A DNA stretch of 63,364 bases, counting the filler, from Reticulomyxa filosa (taxonomy: Eukaryota > Protista > Foraminifera): the NCBI GenBank assembly GCA_000512085.1. It is 20 parts of 20 records of this genome, joined end to end, with 100 filler letters (N's around TTAATTAATTAA, not from the genome) between each part and the next. Parts side by side here need not be neighbours in the genome. Positions count along the whole stretch, not along the records: positions 1 to 1,365 come from ASPP01012887.1; positions 1,466 to 2,551 come from ASPP01022769.1; positions 2,652 to 9,656 come from ASPP01006870.1; positions 9,757 to 11,219 come from ASPP01020623.1; 16 more parts are not named here. One strand, 5' to 3'. The notes beneath the pieces were generated by a model that saw only the letters and a list, made by a program, of their open reading frames with translations, made no database searches and was not told the origin of the DNA. Below, piece after piece: positions 1-11,219 of the stretch (within the stretch, counting starts at the first letter, position 1; each line of letters starts with the position of its first letter). A program made the position numbers and the translations under genes.

Positions 1-963
1 CATTTGTATTCGCAAAGTATGTTTGATTGAGATTGGATTCGTCTGATGACGCAAATGTGACGATATGATCATCTGAGTCGTGAAGTGTGTATTGGCCCTG
101 TTCATCATTGACGGATTGAATCTGTGTATTGTAATCGTGATTGTGATTTTGTGTGTGAGCATGTTTGTGTCGCTGAGGTTGAACTTGCTCTTTGAAGATG
201 ATGTTGGTGTCGTCTTGTGGAGTTCCATTTGTATTGTTGTTGTTGTTGTTATTATCATCATTGTCGGTGTCCATGTAGTCATCGTTGGCGTTGATGTGCA
301 GTTGTGCTTGCATGTCCAACTCCGTGTCTTGCTCCAACATTTCCATGTGGAAGTTGTCCGACAGGTCCTGATCCAACTCGTAGTGCACCTTGCCAAACGA
401 TTGGTCTTCCCGATAGATCTGCGTGTCCACGTCGCTTCGCACCGTCTGCGACAGGTTCGATGACGGGTTCGACTCGGAACGCATCGGCCCTTCCAATGCG
501 TCCGTGTCACTTGGACGTCGGGAATACACCACGCCCTTTTCTTCTGTCTTTGTTACTACCAACATTGTCTTGTCTCCATCTTTGTGTCCAAAGTCCACTT
601 TCATTGATTCTTCTTTCTCATTCGCGACATTTACTTCTTCTTCATCTTCCACTTGCAGTTTTTCAATCTCTTGGGCTTCCACTTTCTCATCACTGTTCAT
701 CTCGTTCTCATTGCTCTCGTCTTTTTCTACTACTACTCCTAATCTTCTTTCTTCTTCTCCTCCTTCTCCTCCTTTTTCTCTTCTTCTTCTTCTTCTTCTT
801 CTTTTTCTCCTTCTTCTTCTTCTTCTTCCCCCTTCCAGTCCACATCCTCTTGCAACGGTGTTGCTCCTCCTCCTGCCACTTGCAGCGAGTTACGCTGCCC
901 TCGCGGCTTCCATGTCGATGATTTCTCATCACCTTTTTTAGTCACAACATCCCCCAAGAACAT
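1..963 (-). CDS. Acidic low-complexity hypothetical protein, runs off the window; one -1 frame break in the GAA tract
   Basis: 739..963 frame (E/K-rich) is followed by a -1 frame that stays open to base 1 (LGVVVEKDESNENEMNSDEKVEAQ...DDNNNNNNTNG...). Confidence 0.45.
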
Positions 964-1365
964 TATGTTTCTTCATCTGCAATATCACACAAGAATAAGG
1001 GCATGTGAAAAAAACAAACCATGTTCAATGCTTTCTCCTTCGCTCATTGTTTTCGGGGCGTCACGCTTGCTAAGACTTTAAAAACGTTACTTCGCTTCAC
1101 TATAAAATCACCGACGCCATGCTTGCAAGTTCGGATCTGCCACTTTTTTTCTTTCCGATCCTTTGCAACACTTTATCAATGACCTCAAGCTATCAATAAT
1201 TCCTAAGCTTATCGCAAATGCCCTACAAAATTGCACTTGCTTTTTTTTTTTTGGTTGAAATGATTCTTTACAGCTTTTCTGTTCAACCGTTGATTTGATA
1301 ATGTACCCTTGAGTTTGACGAGAAAGTTGAACAACTCACTCAAGGGCCGTCCCCCCCCCCAAAAA

Positions 1366-1465
1366 NNNNNNNNNNNNNNNNNNNNNNNNNNNNNNNNNNN
1401 NNNNNNNNNTTAATTAATTAANNNNNNNNNNNNNNNNNNNNNNNNNNNNNNNNNNNNNNNNNNNN
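1366..1465. other. Artificial contig spacer (44N + TTAATTAATTAA + 44N), first of 19
   Basis: Identical 100-nt blocks at 1366-1465, 2552-2651, 9657-9756, 11220-11319, 13122-13221, 22942-23041, 24361-24460, 25676-25775, 26776-26875, 31765-31864, 34046-34145, 35156-35255, 39998-40097, 42255-42354, 43907-44006, 46996-47095, 54741-54840, 60515-60614, 61851-61950; core gives stops in all six frames. Confidence 0.98.
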
Positions 1466-2551
1466 AGATTGGATGATCGAAAACATTTCTCCGCCAATGG
1501 CCAACTCTTGGACCATCAACGTGACATGACAACGTTCCACGCCGCTGTGTTGAGCTTGTGTGTGCTTGAAAAACTTGCACATTTCTTGTTGGCAATGTTC
1601 GTTCATGTTACTGTCGTTGATATTGCAATTGTTGATGTGTTCATTGCTGCTGTAATAGTCCAACGGATAATTGGCCTTGTGGCGATAGTCATTGCCGAGG
1701 TCCTTATCCTTATCTTTGTCCTTGGAATGAGCAGTGTTTTTGGGCGAGTCGTTGTGTCCACACAAATACTAGCAGGAGTTAGCGTGCGAATGCGAATGCA
1801 AATACGACTATGACTATGAAGAGTGTGAATGCGACAAGCAAATTGACGACAACGAAGAAGAAGAAGATGAGAACGAAGAAGTGAATGAACAAGACAACGA
1901 AGCAAAAGCGGAAGAAGCAGGTGAAATTTGATGCGTATTGAAAGCACAAAAGTGTTGTAAACGATGTTTGTTGACAAAATCATGTGCTCCTTCGTTGAGG
2001 CCATACCGAGGTCCATGTCCATGATCGCCCATCCGATGAATTTCGTCTTCATGGTCTTCTTCCTGTTCGTCATCATGGTCATCTTCTCCTATGCTCGACG
2101 ATGTGGACGTGGTATCACTGAAGTCATTATTATTATTATTTTATTGTTGTTATTGTTGTTGTTAAGTCTGGAAAGTAGTGGATGCACCTCGGCCTTAACA
2201 AGTTAGGGTTGGAAGTCGACGATAAATTCTCATCTTCATCCTCCACTGTCAATAATATGCCATTGTAAAAAGACGACTTGATACAAAAGTTGCAGCAGCC
2301 GAATGCACTTGGACCAGGTTGATTATATTCTCATGACGCACCGATTGCAAGATTTGGATTTCATTTTTGATGTGGTGCTTTAGTTTCTTCGACCAACGGC
2401 TTATGTCTATAATCTTTATTGCGTAATATCTTCTACTCGCCGCTTTCGTTGGCCTCTTTTTCCACCTCCACACTATCACGCACCTCTCCAAACCCATCCA
2501 CTCCGATCACTGCACCCAATCTGTAGTGCTTATATTTACGCACGCTTCATG
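1466..2551 (-). pseudogene. Decayed CAMK-like protein kinase N-lobe with long low-complexity insert
   Basis: IGVDGFGEV (G-loop), frameshift, YYAIKII...NEIQILQSVRHENIINL, then H/S/N-rich tract with three in-frame TAG (1766-1816), then LMVQELAIGGEMFSII (subdomain V). Confidence 0.6.
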
Positions 2552-2748
2552 NNNNNNNNNNNNNNNNNNNNNNNNNNNNNNNNNNNNNNNNNNNNTTAAT
2601 TAATTAANNNNNNNNNNNNNNNNNNNNNNNNNNNNNNNNNNNNNNNNNNNNGGATTTACTTTTTTTTTTTTTTTTTGGTTTCTTTTCTCGTCATGTTAAT
2701 GATAGCAAAGTTTTGATTTCTCTTCATTCCTCCTTTTTTTTTACTCAG

Positions 2749-5700
2749 ACGCCGAAGTAACGATGGAGACAAAAAAGTAAGAAAAGAAAAAGAAGGCGAT
2801 AAAGATAGAGACAAAGAAAGAGAAAGAGATCGGGACAGAGATCGTGGTCGAGACAGAGAGCGTGAACGTGAAAGAGATAGGGACAGGGGAAGAGACAAAG
2901 ATCGAGAAAGAGGCAACAGTCATCGCTCTCGTACAGATAACAGTCGTTATCGTCGGAACAGCTCGGGAGGCTCGGATACTGGACGACGCAGTCATCACAG
3001 TGGGGATAGAGAAAAGTTAGGTGATAAGGACAAAGACAGAGACAAAGAAAAAGAAAAAGAGAAAGAGAAAGAAAAGGACCGAGAAAGAGAAAGAGACAAA
3101 CACAGAGATAAAGAAAGAGAAAGAGGAAGAAATAGAAATCACTCTCGGGAGAATAATCGAGAAAAAATGGACACTGAGGAACCTTCCAATTCAAAAAATG
3201 ACACCAATCATCACAACTCAAAAGAAACTTTATCCTCAACCAATGACGGTCTCACTACTGTTGAAGTCTTTTTCCAAAAGGATGACGTGAGCAGCAAGGA
3301 CCCAAAAAGTTGAGAACTTCATTAAATATTATTTATATGTGTGTATATGTATATCTATTTACATACATGTATAAATGAATATTGTTTATTCCAATTTTAT
3401 GTAATTCGACAATCGACTGAAAGCACAAATAACAACATGTCTTTTTATTTTTTGTAAATGGACTCAGCAATCAACGTAACAATTGGCAAGAACTCAAATT
3501 TATTCGATTTAAAAGCAATATTATTTGACAAGTATTCCATTGATGTGTACAATAAATACCAAATGCTTATTGACGGTAAAAAAGCGTGTGAAGATGACGA
3601 TAAATTGCTTTGTGTTAACTTTGAGTTGAGTTCTGGTCAAGACGAACATAAAAAAAAAATACAAATTGTACCTAGCTTTCTCACGCCAATGGACCATGTC
3701 GACAAGTCCACGAGCAAAGAGGTTAACAATAGTGCGAAGGCCAACAACAACGAAAGTAATTCCACACCTACAATTTCAAACACGAATAACACCAGTACTA
3801 ACAATACGGACAATTCCACGACTCACAAAGGCAATAGCACTGCCACTGCCAATGCGACCACTACAGCGGAGCAAATTCAAATGCTCAAAGACTACGCTGA
3901 CGTATTTGGATTGGAAGAGGCTGCCGCAATGTGCGGATTGGATTACAAAGAATTGAAAGCCGCTGGATATGATGTTATGTGTGAAAAGAAGCAAACTTTT
4001 TTTTTATTAAAAAAAAGCAACGATAATAAAATTGTTATTTGTGTTATGTTTGGACAGAAACTTTTTGAAGAACTAACAAAAGGGAACATCCCACCGGAGT
4101 TATTGAATAGTGAAAGCAAAAATGAACAAGTGATGCAAACCAACACAGTACAACAAGATATTCCTTCGCAGGAAGATTTAGATACTTTGGCAGCTGCAGC
4201 CGCTGCATCTTCCTTTTTAGGACTTGATCCCACCGCATTACCTGACCCTATGTTAGCGCAGCAGACCGCATCTCTCTTCGCCGCGAACATGGCTGCGAAC
4301 ATGTATGGTAACTTGGCAAACGAATCAAGCCACGGCGCTTCGATGGGACAGCCACCTCCGCCAGGAGTCTTGGATTCTTGTGCTGTGTTTATTGGAGATT
4401 TGCATCCGTTAGTGACAAAAGAAGATCTATTCAAAGTATTTTCAAGCACCGGAACGGTTTTGTGGGTACAATTATTTGACTGCCATAAACAATTACAAAG
4501 GCCATTTAACTTTGCCTTTGTTTACTTTGAAAATCCTCGGGATGGTATGTTTCTTTGTTTTTTTTTTAAATTTGCCACGGAGGAGAAAAAAAAACGAAAG
4601 CGACCAACAACAATAACAACAAAAAAACAAAGTTATTGAAATGGATTTTACTTTGATTTCACTGTAGCTCAAACTGCAATCGAAAAGCTAAATTTTACCA
4701 AATTTTATGGTGCACCGGCACGGTTAATGTGGAAGCAACAGCAGTCTTCGCTGACGTGGACCGAATCCAACATCATTGTCAAAAATTTACCTCCGAGCAC
4801 TGATTCTCAAATATTGCATCAAGTATTCTCACGATATGGCAAAATTATCTCCAGCAAAGTCAAGACTACTGCACAAGGCCGTTGCTTATCCTATGGCTAT
4901 GTCCAATTTGAAAGCAAAGAAAGTGCTGCACGAGCCATTACTGATGTATGTTCATTTGGTGTTTATTTCTACCGTAACATCATTATTTCCAAATATTTTT
5001 TTTCTGTTGCTACTATGTTTTTTATTCCGCCTCCCCATAGCAAGCTTTTTTTTGATTTTTGTCCCTTTCTACGGAAAACAAATAAAATGGAAAAAAAACA
5101 ATGCAAAAATAAAAAATAAAAACAATAAAATAAAAATAAAAATAACAAAATAAACAACAACGACAAACAAAGCAGGGGAATGTGAAAATATTTTGTGTAT
5201 TGTTGGTTAATGAGTGCTGACTGTTAAGGGGAACATGTCTACTCATAAAAGGATGGATGTGACAAAGAAAGCGCTTAAACTTGACTGATTCATTTTAAAT
5301 AAATCAGTGAAATATTTACTTTTATCTTATTTTTTCCTGTTTTTTTTCCAAGGATTGTCGTGTCTTATTTTGTCTTGTCTCGATTTTGTGCATATGATTA
5401 TTGAAATCAATTGGAAAAAAAAAGCAGAACAAATACATACATCAAATAATACACATATGTAACGTATAACTTGTTACAACAAAACAAAAGATTGTTTTTG
5501 ATTGATATTGTTTTGTTTATTTGTTTTGTTTCGCTTTGTTTTGTATATGTTTTCCAAATCAGGCTCAAGCCGGGCGCATTATTCTGGGCATTCACACCAT
5601 TACTGCCGAGTGGTTCAAATCAAGAGAAGATCGGCCTTATCGACAGGTTTACGTAAGAAATATCCCCGACCCTTGGAGTGATGAGCAAGTGCTGAAATTA

Positions 5701-6747
5701 TTTGAAGCCCAAACATTGGGCAAAATAAAATCGTTCAATGTTCATAACTCGTCTTATGGTCGCTGGGCGTCAATCACTTTTCATGAACCTGGAACTGCTG
5801 CTAGGGTAAACGACACAACATTTTTTTGGTCTTGTTCGTCTTGCGAGAAAAGGAGTTGCTTTGATAGCCTGTGCGTTTGTTTGATAACTCGAATAACAAA
5901 CATAGGCCATTGACAAATTGGACGGCTGTCCAACTGGAGACCCAGCGTGCCCAACATTGTCAGTGTCAAGATTTATGTATAAAGCAGACAGAGACAACGT
6001 GAGATTAAACCAAGGTCCTGGAGGACAAACGTCATTTGCTGTATATGTTGGAAACCTGCCAAATCAATTGACAGATGAGCAATTGTATCAATTGTTTTGC
6101 CCTTTTGGAAGCATTCTGAGTACGACTGTCTTGCAGAAAACTGAGGAATACAAATACGGATTTGTTAACTTTGAGTTTGCTGATGACGCAGCTAAAGCAC
6201 TATTGCACATGAACGGAAAAGTAATTGGTGGTAAGACCCTCCAAGTCAAACCAACTACAAAAGATGTCACAAAAGCTGTGGCGATTTCACAAGCTGCAAA
6301 TTCTGTCCACGAAAATACTACTGCAGTTCAGTATAATTGATCTTGTTCTTTTTCCCATGTGTTATATTCGACTCAACTGGTTTTTTTTTTTAATAAAAGG
6401 CTCAAATGCAAATGGAATCAATGCGACAGCAAATGGATAAAAAAGTGCCTTTTGGGGAAAATCATACCAATATGGACGCTGCAGAGGCAGAAATGCTATT
6501 AACAGATGGGAAAAACATTAAAGTATGGAAGGTTCAGTATGGTGAAGAGTGGCACGAATATGATATGGCTTTGGCAGGAGTTGTTGAAAGCTTGGGTGTC
6601 GGACAACAAATCCAAATTCCACTTGCAGACAGTGATTACGTCATCACGCGATTATCTGCAACTGAAGCTTTGCAACAAAATTTATCCACAGGTACAACCA
6701 GGAAAGTAATTCGGATTATGCGAGAGAAAAAAGCTACCAAAAAATAA
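2749..6747 (+). CDS. Multi-exon RNA-binding protein: RD/RE tract + ubiquitin-like segment + 4 PABP-like RRMs + WWE domain (5' partial)
   Basis: Phase-compatible GT-AG exons 2749-3308, 3468-3973, 4058-4544, 4668-4945, 5563-5805, 5906-6325, 6400-6747; RNP motifs VFIGDL/NFAFVYF, IIVKNL/SYGYVQF, VYVRNI/RWASITF, VYVGNL/KYGFVNF; C-terminal WKVQYGEEWHEYD...QQNLSTGTTRKVIR. Confidence 0.8.
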
Positions 6748-7266
6748 AAACGTGCTTCGTTGATGCATGTCAGGAACCGCAACCAAGTTGGCTATTATTT
6801 TTCTATCGCAAACGGTCAGGTAACTGCAAAAGTTCTAGCTTGAAGAAGGAAAAATGCTGCTTTTATGTGGCTGTTCGTGAGATTTTGTCATATGAAAGAA
6901 CAAAAACATTTCTTATGCTTCAATAACTCCATTTTGGGGCACTTTAAAAAAACATTTACAAATCAGAAACAAACAACACAAAAAAATAACATTTTCTCAA
7001 TTAAGCGATTCAAAATTATTTCCAAATAAACTTTTTTATTTCTAATATCATTTGTGAAGCTAAGCGTCACCCTTTGATTTTTTGCATTTTTTTGGGCAAG
7101 TCCTTTATTTTAATTTTGATCGCACTGCAGAACGATAAAGAATGCACATATGCTGGTGTTTTTCAAAGAAATAACAAAAAATCTAAACCAAGTTAATAAA
7201 GATTATAAAGTTGAAATCCGAAAAAATTGAAACAATGTTAATTGAGTTATGCAGCTTACGATCTTG

Positions 7267-7893
7267 CTAAATCTCACTCACTGAGCTGAAAGGTCGGAAA
7301 AAAACAATACAATAATGTATTGTACCGTTGCCAATGTCGTAAAAAGTAGGACTGACAGTGACTCTTTTTTCAGGCTGGAGACAAAATAGTCTTCGGTTTA
7401 AATCCTCACATAAATCTTTGAGAACTTGCAATACGGCATTTTGATTAAGAGTGCACTTAGGATTAAGTAGCAAGCACAAAAGGAGTAACAAAATTAAACA
7501 AGCTGACAACACAGCACTAAGAAATACAAGCGCTGTCACAAAAAATGAATAGGCCCAGTCAAGAGCATGCCGTAGCAATATTAAGCCAATTATCGACCCA
7601 ATACATACACATGAAATACATGAAAGTATGGACCATGCCCGTCGGTACATCAAAAAGGTTTTTTTTTTACCGTCGTCGAAACCTTGTGAACATACTCCCA
7701 ACAATTCTTTTATTTCACGCCACTCGTATGGAGTAATAACAAATCGGAGAGAATTTGGGAATGGTGTATTCCGAGGAAACGAGAAACCACTATCATTAAT
7801 GTTGGTCGTAGAGAAGAAGTGATAAATACAGCGCGATGTGCATTGATGCAAAACAACATTTTTTCTTGTTTGTAATTGTTGATGCGAAAGCAT
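7267..7893 (-). CDS. Small membrane protein, possibly Erf4/GOLGA7/CHIC-like
   Basis: 208-aa ORF; FPNSLRFVITPYEWREI motif, two hydrophobic Cys-containing segments, DLNRRLF; family call by eye. Confidence 0.45.
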   Translation of the reverse strand: MLSHQQLQTRKNVVLHQCTSRCIYHFFSTTNINDSGFSFPRNTPFPNSLRFVITPYEWREIKELLGVCSQGFDDGKKKTFLMYRRAWSILSCISCVCIGSIIGLILLRHALDWAYSFFVTALVFLSAVLSACLILLLLLCLLLNPKCTLNQNAVLQVLKDLCEDLNRRLFCLQPEKRVTVSPTFYDIGNGTIHYCIVFFRPFSSVSEI

Positions 7894-9817
7894 TCGAATT
7901 TGTACGTTGATTATTCTTCTTAAGTAACAGCAAAATAGCTGTAGTGACGGAATAAAAAATACTCAAATAATTTTTTTGACGCATTCTCATTGAAATTACA
8001 ATTTTATGTATTTTTAAAACTCTTTCCACTTGAATTTAAAAAAAACATAATGCCATCAAACATTGAAATTTCTTTGGAGAAATTTCAGATAAATTACTAG
8101 GACACATTTAGAAATTTGTATAATTAACTTTTTGAACATGCTTCATGCTTTTACAGCACTAAATCCAAAAAAAAAGGTAATATAAAACGAACAGCTGTGC
8201 AAAATTATCCTTTTAAAACATATCCACATAAATAAAAGTTTACAAAAAAGACGAAACAAAATAATTATGATTAATATTAATGCAAACAATAATCTAAGTT
8301 TGTCAACATTTTTTTATGTTGTCTACACTAAAAATAATTTTTATTCACCATAATGTAATATAATTTTAACTATTTTTATATTGATTTTCACAAAGAAAGT
8401 TGCGAATCTTTGTTACATGAATATTTTCAATGTGCTTTATTATCTTTTGATGTTTTTGTCAGATTAAAATGCTAATTAGAAAATATCATTGACGCAAAAA
8501 AAAACATCTATAATCATTTTCAAAGATGGAAGCAGATAATTGATGAGCGAACAATTAAAACATTGGATCTAAAAAAAAACAAAAAATAAATGACAACATA
8601 ATTCATAATTAATATTAACTTCATACTAAAAGTCTAGAAATGTTGAAAATAAATCGAATATTTTACAATAATTATATCATAGAAAATTTGAATAAAAGAA
8701 GGAACGAATAAAAAGAAAATAAATATTATTGATACTGATAATTTTTTTATGGTATGATTTTTTGAAAATTAAGTGAAAATTTTTAACTTAAAAAAAAATG
8801 AATTTTTAGATATATTTTACCTTTTATTTTTTTTCACTAATTATAGTGGAAATAAAAAAAGTATTATAAATAAACATTTAAATCAAATGTTAGTTCGATG
8901 TTAACATGCAAATTGCTGTTGCTATGGTGTAATCATACTGGTTCAAAATTAAGTGTATATGTGATGTTATATTAAATTAATTCTGACAAATAAATGACTA
9001 TATTTATAATTATTTGTATTAAATTTTTAGCAGTATTTTTTGGTTTAATTATGCTAGTAGCTACACTAACAAGTTAAGAATAAAATATTTTATTGTTTTT
9101 TTTATGAAGAATTATTATGATACTTGATAACTAGCATAATGCTGATAATAACTATAACTAGATATAATTTTTGACAGTGATAAATTATCACAATTTGTGT
9201 CAAATTCTCAAATAAATTTTTTTAAAAGTTAATTATTATGAAACATAAATAAGAAAAACATAAGTTGATAATTTTTGATTTAAATGTTTACTTGAACATT
9301 GACAACATACAGTTGTCTTTTTTGTAATATTGATTATATATTTTTGAATTTAACAAAGAAATACTTAAATAATTTTAATACAATAATTGCTGAATGATTA
9401 CAACACCAACGTCCAAGATAAAAAAGAAAAGACAAAAACAAAGTGAAAAAAAAAGTATAAAAAAAGTATTGTATGTGTGCTAACAATTGTACAAATAAAC
9501 TACTAGTTATACTTTGATTTAACAACAAGATTACCTTTTGATTAACTTTTTATAATTCTTTAGAATTTATGTTTGCCAATCCAAATGATAGAATTTTGTG
9601 TATATAATTATTTTAAAAATTTTTATTAAAAACAAATAAATGTTATATATACAGTANNNNNNNNNNNNNNNNNNNNNNNNNNNNNNNNNNNNNNNNNNNN
9701 TTAATTAATTAANNNNNNNNNNNNNNNNNNNNNNNNNNNNNNNNNNNNNNNNNNNNTAGTTTCTCTTTTTTTAAAAAAAAAAAAAAAATGGAGTCATTCA
9801 TATTACTTGTGTGATGA

Positions 9818-11165
9818 AGAGATGGAGCCGGAGTTGTGAAGGAGACAGTCCAATTGCAGAAGGGAAACTCTCCATATCTCAACACGGTTTTACTAACGCC
9901 TTATTGGCTACGACTTTCTGTCGAGGATACCGGAACAACTCTGTATTTAGGATCGAAATATGACGATCATAACCACGATACAAGTATCACCTCGCTGACA
10001 TTTTCAAATCTTACCGTACTCTATTCGCTCGTATATGTTGCTGTGAGTGACGCTTTTCCAAGCAGCTGGCGATTTTTCTTGTATCAATCTCCTTATTCAT
10101 CTTGTAAAAATGATGCCGAAATGTTCGATGCTTATACGACCCTGAGCAACCAAAACTCGTGTTCACCAAACGAACTTCAAAATTCGGATCAATGTTGTGG
10201 TCAAGCGTGTTTGTATTTTAACCACGAGCCATGTTTGCAGTACTTTGTCGAAACGAATGTTTACAATAGCAACAAGATGCTGTGGGTGCAAGAGTGTACG
10301 TATCCACAATGCAAAGCTCAACAGCCGTATGTAGATTATGACTCCCCTACATGTTCTATGTGCGAAGAGAATAATGGTACATGGTGCTCACTCACTGGCT
10401 TGTGTGTCTTTGATACGGACACTTATTGTCCAACGGAAACTGAATTGGCCACCAAAACTTCAAACCAATACTTGTTTTGGCTACCATCTTATCCTTGCTA
10501 TGCTACAGGTTTGGGAGATTATCTCTTTTTTTTTCGCCCCCCCCCCCTCTGCCCCTACTCTTCTTCTAATACAAAATAAAAATAACCTGACTCCAAACTT
10601 AGAATTACTCCCTGTTCTACTGCTTCTTTCTTTTTTACTTTAAAAAAAAAAAAAAAAAACGGCCAGTTCCTCAATGTGTGGATAATGACACTTGTATTGA
10701 CGACAAATGCAATGCCGAATTGATGGAGTGTACTGATAACATTGAATGCTCTAAGTATTGGAATGTTTTCCAAGCATACAAGGCTGCCAATGTAAATGCC
10801 GATTTTCAGCTGCCCTTTGCCGTGGCGGATTGCACGCGTGCATATTGCTGTAATAAAAGTTGAGTTTTTTTATACTATTTGTATACATATACATGTATAC
10901 GTATGCAATATGGATGATTGATGATTGGTATTAGCACAAACCGAGGTGGCTGTATCATGTGATATTTATACTGGAGTTTCTTGTGCACAGCAATTTTGTT
11001 CGGATCTTTTTTATCAATGTTATTCGAAGGAAGGATGCTTAGATGCCGCGCAAGTATATTTAGACAATTACTATGATCTCCGTGCATCCAACTCCACTTC
11101 TATTTCTGGAGATTCGATTCTTTCGATTTTGTTGAATTGTTCCGCATATCAATGCTGCAACTTTG
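9818..11165 (+). CDS. Cys-rich, probably extracellular protein (partial at both ends)
   Basis: Exons ~9818-10508, 10666-10858, 10935-11165 joined by phase-1 GT-AG introns; PSI-like CSMCEENNGTWCSLTGLC and two related Cys modules ending CCN. Confidence 0.6.
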
Positions 11166-11179
11166 GTTAGAAAATATTT

Positions 11180-11219
<40 letters not shown>

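Noticed and set aside
80-941. Plus-strand hydrophobic ORFs, and similar ones at 18979-19746, 21929-22501, 32636-33604, 34503-35150
   Set aside because: Antisense shadows of low-complexity or conserved coding exons
1410-1421. Recurring TTAATTAATTAA as a biological repeat or CRISPR-like array
   Set aside because: Always centred in exactly 44+44 N; an assembly spacer
1766-1816. TAG reassignment (alternative genetic code)
   Set aside because: Long conserved exons (beta-COP, phosphatase, Atg22-like, G-alpha) contain no in-frame TAG; the stops are confined to a locus that also has frameshifts
8030-9656. Very AT-rich tract as organellar insert or element (also 44600-45750, 60615-61740)
   Set aside because: No recognisable gene, RNA or terminal repeat seen; treated as intergenic
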